DNA from: Nanobdellota archaeon
Lineage (GTDB): Archaea; Nanobdellota; Nanobdellia; PEZQ01
Length of the DNA: 64,000 bases
Direction: 5' to 3'
Assembly (NCBI GenBank): GCA_018220985.1
Contig: JAAOXS010000003.1
Coordinates: 8,367-72,366, forward strand
Positions 18,817 through 28,515 of this stretch are shown here, piece after piece. Both the position numbers and the translations under genes were made by a program. Numbering within the stretch: position 1 is the first letter of the stretch; every line of letters starts with the position of its first letter. A model generated the notes under the pieces. It saw only the letters and a list, made by a program, of their open reading frames with translations. It was not told the DNA's origin and did no database searches.

Positions 18817-19941
18817 TTAAGATTTATTAATTAAAAATTCATTTTTTGCGTTTTTGTATTCTTTTATTATTTTTTTTGCTATTTCTGTTATTTCAAAGTT
18901 TTTTTCAATTATTTTTCTCGCATTTTTGCGTATTTTTGTTGTTGTTGTTTTATCTAATTTAGTTACTTCATCTATAATTTTTTTTAAATCATCAGGATTC
19001 CCACTTTTAAATGTAAATCCTGTAATCCCATTGATTATAGGATAACTGTCAGGATCGTAGTCTGATTTTATTACAATACATTCGCTTGCCATTCCTTCAA
19101 GAACAACTCTTGATATTCCAAATAAATTTATTAAAGGACATACTAGTATGTTTGTTTTTGCATAATATTCAGGTATGTTATTATTATTAATATTTGTTAA
19201 TAGTTTTCCATTAAACACGTTTTTAACTTTATCTTCTTCAGGTCCGTGCCCTATTATTAATGTGTTTTTTAGTTCTTTTGTGGATTTAACAAATAATTGC
19301 CAGCCTTTCCAGTCTTTTGTAAGTCTTCCAATGTAAGTTAAAAATTTTCGCGGTTTTTTTGAATATGGTTTAAACCTTGTTGTATCAACACCATTAGGTA
19401 TAAAAATTGCTTTTTTCGTGTTAAGAAATTTTTCTATTGCTTTATCAACTGCAATAATTTTGGTTACGTAGTTTATATCTTGTTTTTTTAGGAATTCTTT
19501 TTTCCATGATGGAATAGCATGATAATGCATTACTACAGGTGTGTTAAATTTAGTCCAGGGTTGGAAGTGTTTACAATTTTTAAAAAATGTTCCGAATGCA
19601 CGTAGTAGGATTGGTGGCGTCATTGGACCATGAACGTGGATTATAGAATTGTTATCAATGTATTTTTTCAAAGTTTTGTGAAGTGTAAAATCTCTTATAG
19701 TGTTTTTTATGAGTAATAATATTTTGCTATCTTTGTTATAATCTGTTGGTATGCTTATTCTTATTATTTTTGTTTTTTTAAACAATTTTTCTTGTTTTCT
19801 GGTTCCTTTGAGGCGAGTGGTTATTATTATATTTTCAGTTATTGTTGGTTCATTTTCTATTTGTTTTGCTAATTCGTAAAGCGCTGTTTCTCCACCACCC
19901 ATATAAGGATAGAATTGTTTTATCCAATGTATTATTCTCAT
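18817..19941 (-). CDS. Glycosyltransferase family 4
   Basis: FYPYMGGGE, IPNGVDTTRF, YIGRL, FGISRVVLEGMAS. Confidence 0.88.
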   Translation of the reverse strand: MRIIHWIKQFYPYMGGGETALYELAKQIENEPTITENIIITTRLKGTRKQEKLFKKTKIIRISIPTDYNKDSKILLLIKNTIRDFTLHKTLKKYIDNNSIIHVHGPMTPPILLRAFGTFFKNCKHFQPWTKFNTPVVMHYHAIPSWKKEFLKKQDINYVTKIIAVDKAIEKFLNTKKAIFIPNGVDTTRFKPYSKKPRKFLTYIGRLTKDWKGWQLFVKSTKELKNTLIIGHGPEEDKVKNVFNGKLLTNINNNNIPEYYAKTNILVCPLINLFGISRVVLEGMASECIVIKSDYDPDSYPIINGITGFTFKSGNPDDLKKIIDEVTKLDKTTTTKIRKNARKIIEKNFEITEIAKKIIKEYKNAKNEFLINKS

Positions 19942-21135
19942 TTATCTTCTTAATTTTTTTGTTAGAATTGCTATTTTTTGAATTAAATGGCTTATAATTT
20001 TTGAAATTGTTTTTGATTTTACCAAGAATTTTAGTTTAGGTAGTTTTGTACTTATTATTAGTATATTATTTAATTTTTCAACATATTTGTTTACTTGTTC
20101 TTTTGTTAAATAGCGAGTTCCACATATTGCAAATTCTTGGTGGCTGAATGTGTCTGTTTCTTTTTTCAAATTTTTATCTATTAAATCATGTTGAACGCAT
20201 TCTTGCCATACATCCGTATTAGGGTATGGCGTAAAATAGTTTACTCTTCCAGTATTGAGGTCTAATTCCAGTATTTTTTTTTTCATTCTTTCATATGTTT
20301 TATGGTTGTCATCAGGGAATCCGAATATGAAGAATCCTCCTGCTCTCACCTTGTATTTTTTAAGGAATTTCAAGGTTTGTTTTATTTTTTTGTAAGTCAT
20401 ATTTTTTCTTATTTTAGCAAGTTCCCTGTCAGAAGCTCTTTCAATACCTATATCAACTTGGTAGCAGTTTGTTTTTTTTAGGGCTTTTATTATTTCTTCA
20501 TCTAAATAATCTGCGCGAGTTGTAATTTCATATTGTACGTTAAAATTGTTTTTTTTGTAATTCTCTGTGAATTCAAGCACTCTTTTCCTGTTTATAGTGA
20601 ATTCAGGGTCTGAAAACGATACTTTTTTGATGTTTTTTGATTCTAAATATTTAATTTCTTCTAAATAATCATTCATATCTTTGTAAATAACCGGGTTTTG
20701 ACTCATTGTTTTAACGCAAAAAGTGCATTTGTTAGGGCAGTAGAGGCTTAAGTAAGTGTCTATAACAGAATATTTTGTCACGTCAATAAGTTCAAACATT
20801 GCTCTTGGAACTTTTTCTTTTAAAAATATTTTTTCTAAAGGGTATAAGTAAGTTTCTTTTTTAATGTTTTCACCTTGGTTTACGAGCATTTCATCAAATA
20901 TTTTTTTATGTTCTTTATAGCATCCTGTGTAAAATATTGTTACAAGTTTATCCGCAGAAGGTATTTTAGCATTAGGGTTTATTTGCAAGTCTACAAAACT
21001 TATTTTGTTTCCTTTATCCGCTTCTTGTTTTGCAAGCATTAGAAGGAATGTTGGTGTTGCTGAGTAATCTATCATTCCAAATACGGTTACGTATTTATTA
21101 CGAATTTTTGGTAAGTTTACGAATAATACATGCAT
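19942..21135 (-). CDS. Radical SAM protein of class-B-methyltransferase type with reduced N-terminal domain
   Basis: CPNKCTFC (CxxxCxxC), FSDPEFT, TRADYLDEE, IGIERAS, FFIFGFP, FTPYPNT. Confidence 0.85.
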   Translation of the reverse strand: MHVLFVNLPKIRNKYVTVFGMIDYSATPTFLLMLAKQEADKGNKISFVDLQINPNAKIPSADKLVTIFYTGCYKEHKKIFDEMLVNQGENIKKETYLYPLEKIFLKEKVPRAMFELIDVTKYSVIDTYLSLYCPNKCTFCVKTMSQNPVIYKDMNDYLEEIKYLESKNIKKVSFSDPEFTINRKRVLEFTENYKKNNFNVQYEITTRADYLDEEIIKALKKTNCYQVDIGIERASDRELAKIRKNMTYKKIKQTLKFLKKYKVRAGGFFIFGFPDDNHKTYERMKKKILELDLNTGRVNYFTPYPNTDVWQECVQHDLIDKNLKKETDTFSHQEFAICGTRYLTKEQVNKYVEKLNNILIISTKLPKLKFLVKSKTISKIISHLIQKIAILTKKLRR

Positions 21136-21150
21136 AGTAATTTTAAAAAA

Positions 21151-22203
21151 TCACTTGGTTTTTATATTTTGTGAACTTGAATGAGTATGATACATTTTAC
21201 TTTCTAAATTTAGAAAATCTTGTTTTTTAAATATATCTGTTAATTTAGACAGGGCTCCGAATCCGAATGAATATGAGTACAGTACAAAATTTAGGCTTAC
21301 GTAAAGTGTTTCAATAAAGTTCAGGTTTCTTATTTGATAGTATTTTGTTTTGTAAATCATTCTTAAAGCAAATAGGAAGTATAGTAATGGAATTATTAGT
21401 CCTATTGCTAAGAATATTGGGTGAATTAACATCATGAATATAAACGGTATTGACGCTAGTATGAACGCTTTTTTTACGGTGAATGGTGTTTTATTTGATA
21501 TTGCTGTTCTCATGTTTCCTTGACCCCATTTATAAAATTTTTTGAAGTTTTGTATGAATGTTGGAGGTGAGTAATGTTTCACTGTTGTTCCTCCAACTGA
21601 GTAAAACTTAAAATTAGGGTATTTCTTTTTAATTCTTAAAATAACATCCGCATCTTCTCCAGGCATTGATTTGCCTTTAAATCCGTTTACGCTTTTAAGA
21701 ATTCTTTTTTTTATTATTGTGCTTGCAAAACTAGTTGCTGAATAATATCGTGATTTCCTAAAATCTTTTGCAGGTTCATTTGTTGAAGGTACGTACAAAT
21801 ATTTTGAGAATCGTGAAGTTGATTCAATCATGTATCCTACCACTAGTGCGAGTGGATTTTTTGTGATTATTGCTTCTCTCATTTTTTGAACCCAGTTATT
21901 GCTTATTACAGTATCAGAATCTATGTAAGCTAAATATTCACATTTGGATTCCTTCATGCAAATGTTTCTTGAAAGAGCTATGTCTCTGTATTCTGGTTTT
22001 TTAATGAATATTTTGTAGGGTATTCCTGTTTTTTTTAGGATTGTTTCAGTTATTTTAATGGTGTTATCAGTGCTACTATCATCAACTATTATTATTTCAT
22101 CAAATTTTGTTTTCTGGTTTACAACCGCGTTCAAACACTCTTTCCAGTGTTTTTCACTATTTAGTGTTGCGATGCAAGCACAAATGGTTATTTTTGTTTT
22201 CAT
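21151..22203 (-). CDS. Glycosyltransferase family 2 with C-terminal TM helices
   Basis: IIIVDDSSTDNT, SRN, AYIDSD, GED, hydrophobic C-terminus. Confidence 0.88.
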   Translation of the reverse strand: MKTKITICACIATLNSEKHWKECLNAVVNQKTKFDEIIIVDDSSTDNTIKITETILKKTGIPYKIFIKKPEYRDIALSRNICMKESKCEYLAYIDSDTVISNNWVQKMREAIITKNPLALVVGYMIESTSRFSKYLYVPSTNEPAKDFRKSRYYSATSFASTIIKKRILKSVNGFKGKSMPGEDADVILRIKKKYPNFKFYSVGGTTVKHYSPPTFIQNFKKFYKWGQGNMRTAISNKTPFTVKKAFILASIPFIFMMLIHPIFLAIGLIIPLLYFLFALRMIYKTKYYQIRNLNFIETLYVSLNFVLYSYSFGFGALSKLTDIFKKQDFLNLESKMYHTHSSSQNIKTK

Positions 22204-22319
22204 GTTGTTTTTATTTGTACGTATATTGTTTTTTAAATGTTTTATGAATTTTTAGAGCATAATTCTGTTTTTTTGAATTCGTGCGTTTTTATCGTAATCA
22301 AATGTGTTTTTTATTCAAT

Positions 22320-22988
22320 TTATATTTTTTTTGTAAATTTTAATAATTTTTTTTTTGTTATTTCATAGCTTAATCGTTTAAGTTTTAGAAATAAATTTAA
22401 TTCATTATTTATTTTTTTATTTCCTTTAAAAAGTTGATATTTCCCTGTTTTTAATGATTTTTTAATATTTTTTTCAGTTAAAATGTATAAATCTATTTTA
22501 TGATTTTTTTTATGAAAATCAATTGCAACTATTGGTTTAGCATTTAGTTTTTTCATTAATTCAATATTTTTCGGGTTTAACACATATTTTCCGTCATAAA
22601 CACGATTCCATATTTCAACAAAGTCAACTTCTTTGATTTTTTCAAAGTTTATTTCCTTGTATTTTGCGGGGTGTGCAAGAATGCTTATTCCTCCTTGTTC
22701 TTTTATTTTCTTAATTGTTTGTTCTGCACTTGTTTGTTTAAAATAATTTTTTATAAAAATTCCAGATATATGATATCCTTCATCAGTGTTGAATTCTATT
22801 CCTGGAATTATTTTTTTGTTTTCTTTTTTGCATTCTTTAACTAAAATATCATATTTGTTGGAATTTAGTGTTTCAGAATGTTCAGTTATTATTATAAAAT
22901 CCATTTCAGGAAATGTTTGAACTATTTCGCTAACATTCATAACTCCATCATAAGAGTGTTTTGTATGTACATGGAAAATACCTTTCAT
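22320..22988 (-). CDS. PHP-domain phosphoesterase
   Basis: FHVHTKHSYDG, ITEH, PGIEF, ILAHP, EIWN, DFH. Confidence 0.85.
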   Translation of the reverse strand: MKGIFHVHTKHSYDGVMNVSEIVQTFPEMDFIIITEHSETLNSNKYDILVKECKKENKKIIPGIEFNTDEGYHISGIFIKNYFKQTSAEQTIKKIKEQGGISILAHPAKYKEINFEKIKEVDFVEIWNRVYDGKYVLNPKNIELMKKLNAKPIVAIDFHKKNHKIDLYILTEKNIKKSLKTGKYQLFKGNKKINNELNLFLKLKRLSYEITKKKLLKFTKKI

Positions 22989-23761
22989 ATTCTTTTGATT
23001 AGCTCTCTTGCTCGCGTAGAGTTCATAATTATAAATGGTTCTGCCCAGCCTTTTCCAATTTTTGTTAATCCGTAGTAATTATTCAGTGAGATTATTGCTT
23101 TTGGCATAGGGTCTTTTAAGAGTGTTTTTTTGTACGCTTGCAGCGCGTTCATTTTTACATTTATTTGTTTTGTTATGTCGATTATGTGTGTTGGTAAACT
23201 GATAGGTGTATGAACTCCATAAAACCACGCTTCATAGTTTTCTAAATATGAATTTATTATTAATTGAGTTGTTGCTGAATGGTCTAAGTGATTTTCAAGA
23301 AATGCTGGTAGAATTATTATGTTTGGTTTTATTTCAATTATAATTTTGTTTATTTTTTTCATAGTTTTCTTATCATTTTTTTTGAAAGTTATTTTGGAAT
23401 TTTCTAATTTTACAAAAATTGTTTTGTTTATGCCAATAATTTCACTTGCTTTCAACGCTTCTTTTTCAATTATTTCTGGAGAAGGATATTCCATTTTTTG
23501 AAGTGTTGGCCCGCCACTAGTCATATAAATGCAGGTTATATGGTTCTGTTTTGATAATTTTTTTATTGTTCCTCCACACCCAAATATTTCGTCATCGGGG
23601 TGTGGTGCTACAACAAGAATTTTTTTGTTTTTTATTTTAGAGTCATTAGCGATTATTGAAGATAATAAATTATTCTTATCAGTTACGTATTTAAATTGAG
23701 CTATTACTTTTTTTAAAGTTCTTTTCTTCAAGTAAACGTTATCAATTATTTTTTTTATCAT
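22985..23761 (-). CDS. PIG-L/LmbE family N-acetyl-sugar deacetylase
   Basis: LVVAPHPDDEIFGCGGTI, NHLDH. Confidence 0.9.
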   Translation of the reverse strand: MIKKIIDNVYLKKRTLKKVIAQFKYVTDKNNLLSSIIANDSKIKNKKILVVAPHPDDEIFGCGGTIKKLSKQNHITCIYMTSGGPTLQKMEYPSPEIIEKEALKASEIIGINKTIFVKLENSKITFKKNDKKTMKKINKIIIEIKPNIIILPAFLENHLDHSATTQLIINSYLENYEAWFYGVHTPISLPTHIIDITKQINVKMNALQAYKKTLLKDPMPKAIISLNNYYGLTKIGKGWAEPFIIMNSTRARELIKRI

Positions 23762-24942
23762 TGTAATTTTTTTACTATTTTATGCATTATTAATATTGTA
23801 AATTGCGCGATGAATGGTTTTAAATCTTTTAAATCAAACACGTCTTCGTAAGCGATTGTTGTTATTACGTTTAAGAAAGATTTTAGTCGTGGGGGATATT
23901 TTTCTTTTCTTTTAAAAAATACTTTGTATAAAAATAATAAGTCTCCATAAAGATCTCTTGCTTTAACTTCTTCTTTATAAGTTAAAACAGGTTTAATTTT
24001 TTGGTTTGTTAAAATTTGGTAGTATAAGTAAGGAAAATTAACTCCTGAAAACACCGCTAGTGGCAGTGATCCCCAAAATCTTCCATTTATTTCAAGTAGG
24101 TAGTTTTCTTTTTCATCGCATCTGAATTCCACCATTGCTGGACCATACCAGTCTATTTGTTTTAATAACTTCACACTATCTTTGTCTAATTTTTCATTTA
24201 TTTTCACGCTTTTTCTGCAAACACTTGCTCCACCATCAGGAGGTTCTTCACGTATTCTTTGATGTGCAAATTTTGCAATTATTTGTTTTTTATTTACTAA
24301 ATAAAACATTCCTTTGCCAACACCTTTAATATATTCTTGTATTAAGGGTATTCCATTTATTTTTGAGTATTTTTTGAATTTTGTTTCAAGATCTTTTTCG
24401 TCATAAGCATATTCCCTATAAGCATATTTTGGACCTTTTTTTGTGAAATTCCACGAGTATCTTGATTTAATAACTAATGGGTAATTCCAGTTTTTCGTTG
24501 TTTTTTTTATTTTATTAATGTCTGTTTCATAAATTGTTCTTGGCGTTTTTACATTACATTTTTCTGCTTGTTTTATTGTTTCTAATTTATCAAATGTTTT
24601 CATCCAAATTTTTTGGTCGGGAAGTGCGAGTTTTGTGTTTTTAGGTATTTTATCTTGGATATCGTAAAGTATTTTTATTACAGGTTCTTTTAAAGGTATT
24701 ATCAAGTCGTAATCATTTTTTTTTATTATTTTGATTATGTTTTTTTTAAATTTTTCAGTTTCGGTTAAGTAATTAGGGTAAATTATTTTTTTATTCACGT
24801 ATTTTGAGTAAAATGCAATACTTTTCTTATGGCTTGCTCCAACATCCACTATTATACCTTTTCTTGCGAGTTGTCTTGCGATTAATAGTGTTACTTTGTT
24901 ATCACCATCTGTTATGAATATCTTATTCATGTTTGTAATCAT
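23758..24942 (-). CDS. ATP-grasp carboxylate-amine ligase
   Basis: FDKLET, YPLVIK, PLIQEYIKG, HQRIREEPPDGGAS, MVEFR, LLEINGRFWGSLPLA..SGVNFP. Confidence 0.9.
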   Translation of the reverse strand: MITNMNKIFITDGDNKVTLLIARQLARKGIIVDVGASHKKSIAFYSKYVNKKIIYPNYLTETEKFKKNIIKIIKKNDYDLIIPLKEPVIKILYDIQDKIPKNTKLALPDQKIWMKTFDKLETIKQAEKCNVKTPRTIYETDINKIKKTTKNWNYPLVIKSRYSWNFTKKGPKYAYREYAYDEKDLETKFKKYSKINGIPLIQEYIKGVGKGMFYLVNKKQIIAKFAHQRIREEPPDGGASVCRKSVKINEKLDKDSVKLLKQIDWYGPAMVEFRCDEKENYLLEINGRFWGSLPLAVFSGVNFPYLYYQILTNQKIKPVLTYKEEVKARDLYGDLLFLYKVFFKRKEKYPPRLKSFLNVITTIAYEDVFDLKDLKPFIAQFTILIMHKIVKKLQ

Positions 24943-25076
24943 TTTTTTTTATTATTTAAGTTTTATGAGCATCACATTTGTATAGAAATTTTTAAAACTT
25001 GTTTGAATATATATTTTAATCTATGAACCATTTATTTTTTTGTAAGTTATTCTTTGATTCAGTAAGGTGGTTCTAG

Positions 25077-25769
25077 TTGATTTCTATTATTGTTCCAACC
25101 TTAAATGAAGCTGAGGTTATTAGTGAATTTATTGAACAAACTTGTAATGTTATGAATCAGTTAAGTAAAAAATATGAATTGTTAGTTGTGGATGATAATT
25201 CGCAGGATAATACTTGGAAAATCGTTAAAAGTATATGTAAAAAAAATAAGTGTGTTCGCGTTTTGAGACGTAAAAATAATTATGGGTTAAGTTTTGCAAT
25301 TGTTGATGGTTTTAGAAAAGCAAAAGGTGATTTTTTTGTGGTTATGGATGCTGATTTGCAGCATCCTCCTAAAATTATTCCTATCATGATTGATAAGTTA
25401 ACTAATTTTGAGTTTGTTGTTTGCTCCCGCAATAGTTATGCTAGCATAAATATGTTCAGGCGTTATATTAGTTATATTATTAATTTTTTTGTTAGAAAGT
25501 TTTTGTGTTTAAAAATTAGAGATCCTATGTCTGGTTTTTTCGCGATTAGAAAGGGCGTGTTTAATAATTCTAAAAAACGTATCAAGCCAAGAGGTTATAA
25601 AATAATGCTTGAATTATTGATTAAATCACAAACTAACAGTGTTTGTGAAATTCCTTTTGTTTTTCAAAAACGTTTTTCTGGTAAAACAAAAGCAAATGTT
25701 ACAGTATTTCTAGATTTATTAGTTCAGTTTGTTGATAATTTTTTGTTTAAGTTTAAATCCTGTTTTTAA
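25077..25769 (+). CDS. Polyprenol-phosphate glycosyltransferase (DPM1-like GT2)
   Basis: SIIVPTLNE, VVDDNSQDNT, VMDADLQHPP, DPMSGFFA, GYKIMLE. Confidence 0.9.
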   Translation: MISIIVPTLNEAEVISEFIEQTCNVMNQLSKKYELLVVDDNSQDNTWKIVKSICKKNKCVRVLRRKNNYGLSFAIVDGFRKAKGDFFVVMDADLQHPPKIIPIMIDKLTNFEFVVCSRNSYASINMFRRYISYIINFFVRKFLCLKIRDPMSGFFAIRKGVFNNSKKRIKPRGYKIMLELLIKSQTNSVCEIPFVFQKRFSGKTKANVTVFLDLLVQFVDNFLFKFKSCF

Positions 25770-25827
25770 TAGTTTATGAATATTTAGAACCTATCTTTTT
25801 AATTAGTAATGGTTTAATATTATTTCA

Positions 25828-27252
25828 ATGAGTATAATTCAAAATTTCAAGTATTCTTTAAGTTCTAAATTTATAATTGTTTTTTTAAGTTTTTTTTTGA
25901 ATTTATTAATTGTTAGATTTCTTCCAGTTTCGGATTATGCAATTTATGTTTTAATATTGTCAATTGTCCTTTTCGTTAGCGCATTATCACATTTTGGTTT
26001 TGCGAGTTCGATTCAATTTTTTTTATCTGAAAATAGGTCTAATATTATTAAATCAAAAAAAATTTTTGGAACAGGAGTTTCAGTTATATCAATTTTTATT
26101 ATTATTTACATGTTTGTAATGTTTTTATTATCACCATATCTTTCTAACATGTATGGGATTCCATTGTATTTCTTTATTTTTGCAAGTATTTTTATTCCGA
26201 TAAGATCCATTTTTGGAATTATTATAGCAAGTTTATTGGCTATGAATAAAATTAAAGCGTTAAGCATCACAAACACAATTTATACTCTTTCAAGATTTTC
26301 AGTTATTTTATGCATATTGCTGGGTTTAGGTAGTTTTGGAGCACTTATTGCTGAGTTATTTGTTCATTTGCTTTCAATTTTTATTGGTCTTTTTATTTTA
26401 AGAGAAATCATAAATTTTTCTTTTAATGAGCAAGTTTTTAAAAATCTTTTCTCTTTTTCAAAAAAAGTTGTTTTAGGAGAGTCATTTAATTCTTTTCTTA
26501 GTCCAATTTTTGAATTTGCTTTAGGTTTGTTCAGTCTTAGTTCTCTAGCGTTTTTTGCAGCGCCATTAAAAATAAATCATTTTTTTTTAATTGCTTGGGA
26601 AGTTGTTTACATGGTTTTTTTCCCTATTTTCGTATCTAATCGTCATAATTTAAAAAAAATTAGGAATTACATTTTTTTGATTTTCAGGTTTAGTTTGATA
26701 GTTTTAGGTTTTTGTTTTGTTAATATACTTTTATTTTCGAAGGATATTCTATTTTTTGTTTTAGGTGATAAATATTTAGATTCAAGTAGTATTTTTGTTT
26801 TACAGAGTATAGCTATGATTATTAATTTCTTTTTTAGTTTATTATTAATGCTTTTTATAACCTCAAAAAAGCCTATTTATTCAACTTATTCAATTATTTT
26901 TAAAACAGTTGTTACAATTATTTCATTAATGTTTTTTATACCTGTTTTTTTAGAATTTGGTGCTGCTTTTTCTTTTATTCTTTCAGTTAGTGTTGGTAAT
27001 TTATTAACGTATTATTATTCTAAGAAATTTTTTGGTTGGAAATTTCCATTTCGAACTTTTTTAAAATGTGTTATGTCTGGCTTGCTTGTTTTTGTATTAG
27101 TTAAAATTGTTTTAAGCATGTTTAATTTTGGAGTTCTATCATTGTTTGTTGGAGGATTTGTTTCATTGTCTTATTTTGTCTTCTTATTTTTGTTAAAAGA
27201 GTTCGGAAAATCTGATTTAATTATCTTAAAAAAAATAGTTTTTAATAAGTAA
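25828..27252 (+). CDS. MOP-superfamily oligosaccharide flippase (Wzx/AglR-like)
   Basis: 474 aa with many TM segments, LLIVRFLPVSDYAIY, LGDKY, GAAFS; located in glycosylation locus. Confidence 0.8.
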   Translation: MSIIQNFKYSLSSKFIIVFLSFFLNLLIVRFLPVSDYAIYVLILSIVLFVSALSHFGFASSIQFFLSENRSNIIKSKKIFGTGVSVISIFIIIYMFVMFLLSPYLSNMYGIPLYFFIFASIFIPIRSIFGIIIASLLAMNKIKALSITNTIYTLSRFSVILCILLGLGSFGALIAELFVHLLSIFIGLFILREIINFSFNEQVFKNLFSFSKKVVLGESFNSFLSPIFEFALGLFSLSSLAFFAAPLKINHFFLIAWEVVYMVFFPIFVSNRHNLKKIRNYIFLIFRFSLIVLGFCFVNILLFSKDILFFVLGDKYLDSSSIFVLQSIAMIINFFFSLLLMLFITSKKPIYSTYSIIFKTVVTIISLMFFIPVFLEFGAAFSFILSVSVGNLLTYYYSKKFFGWKFPFRTFLKCVMSGLLVFVLVKIVLSMFNFGVLSLFVGGFVSLSYFVFLFLLKEFGKSDLIILKKIVFNK

Positions 27253-27269
27253 ACTATTAATAAAGTATC

Positions 27270-27647
27270 ATGGATAAGTGGTTGATTTTTTTGATTGTTT
27301 CATTTTCAATTTTGCTTAACGCGTTTGGTCAAGTTAGTTTGAAATATGGTATGAATGCGTTCGGTGGCGTGGATTTTACGGATTTAAGAAAAGTGTTTTT
27401 CATGTTTTTCCAACCATTTGTTTTTGTGGGTTTATGTTTGTATGTTGTTAGTACTATTTTCTGGCTTGTTTCATTGTCTAATGCTGATTTAAGTTTTATT
27501 TATCCTTTAAACGCTTTGAGTTTTATTTTAGTTGCTTTTCTTGCAAGAATCGTGTTTAAGGAGTATTTTAGTTTAACAAAATTAGCTGGTTTTTTCTTTG
27601 TTTTTTTAGGTGCGTTCCTTATTGGATCTGGTCGTTTTAAGACTTGA
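27270..27647 (+). CDS. Small DMT/EamA-type 4-TM transporter (ArnE/ArnF-like)
   Basis: GQVSLKYG, FWLVSLSNADLSFIYPL, VFKE. Confidence 0.8.
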   Translation: MDKWLIFLIVSFSILLNAFGQVSLKYGMNAFGGVDFTDLRKVFFMFFQPFVFVGLCLYVVSTIFWLVSLSNADLSFIYPLNALSFILVAFLARIVFKEYFSLTKLAGFFFVFLGAFLIGSGRFKT

Positions 27648-28515
27648 GTATTGTTTTTTCAATTCCTTGTTTTAAAGTGGTTTTTGGAGTGTAATTGAAT
27701 TCATGTAATAGTTTTGAGTTGTCAAGTATTACTTTTTGCACGTCGCCTTTTCTTTCAGATTCGTAATTTGGTTTAAGTTGGTATTCAAGTAATTCGCTTA
27801 GGATGTTGAATATTTCATTAACGCTTGTCCCTTGTTTTGTTCCAACATTGATTCTTATTTTTTTTCTTGATTCAAGCGCTTTTAAATTCGCTTGTGCTAT
27901 GTCACCTACGTAAATGTAATCGCGTATTTGATTTCCGTCTCCAAATATCGTAACTGGCTGTTTGTTTTTTATTTTTTGCATGAATGTTGGTATTATCATT
28001 CCTTTTGGCGGTTGTCTTGGTCCGTAAACATTGCTGTATCGTAGTATTACGTAGTTTTTAACGAATAATGGTATGTAATATTCACAGGTGAGTTTTGAAA
28101 CGCCGTAAGGGCTTTCGGGTTGTAATTTATGTGTTTCAGTTACTGGAATTGTTTTGGGGTTGCCATAAACAGCGCAGGTTGATGCGTAAACAAAATTTTT
28201 TACGTTGTGTTCTTTGCTTAATCTTAATATATTTAGTGTTCCTATAATATTTGTTTGAGCGTCGTGAGTTGGGTTTTTTACTGAGTTTGGTACGCTTACA
28301 TGTGCAGCCTGATGATTTACCAAGTCTGGTTGTTCTTTTTCAAAGATTTTTTTTAAAGTTTCATAATTCGTAATGTCTGTTTCGTAGTATTTTGCTTTCG
28401 GATTCGTATTTTTTAAATCTTTATCAACTACGATTACTTCGTAGTTTTTTTCTATTAGTAAGTCAACTATGTGTGAGCCTATGAATCCGCTTCCACCAGT
28501 TATTAAGCATTTCAT
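27637..28515 (-). CDS. galE: NAD-dependent epimerase/dehydratase (UDP-glucose 4-epimerase-like)
   Basis: TGGSGFIGSH, HQAA, YGVSK (YxxxK), RYSNVYGPRQ, RDYIYVGD. Confidence 0.85.
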   Translation of the reverse strand: MKCLITGGSGFIGSHIVDLLIEKNYEVIVVDKDLKNTNPKAKYYETDITNYETLKKIFEKEQPDLVNHQAAHVSVPNSVKNPTHDAQTNIIGTLNILRLSKEHNVKNFVYASTCAVYGNPKTIPVTETHKLQPESPYGVSKLTCEYYIPLFVKNYVILRYSNVYGPRQPPKGMIIPTFMQKIKNKQPVTIFGDGNQIRDYIYVGDIAQANLKALESRKKIRINVGTKQGTSVNEIFNILSELLEYQLKPNYESERKGDVQKVILDNSKLLHEFNYTPKTTLKQGIEKTILKS

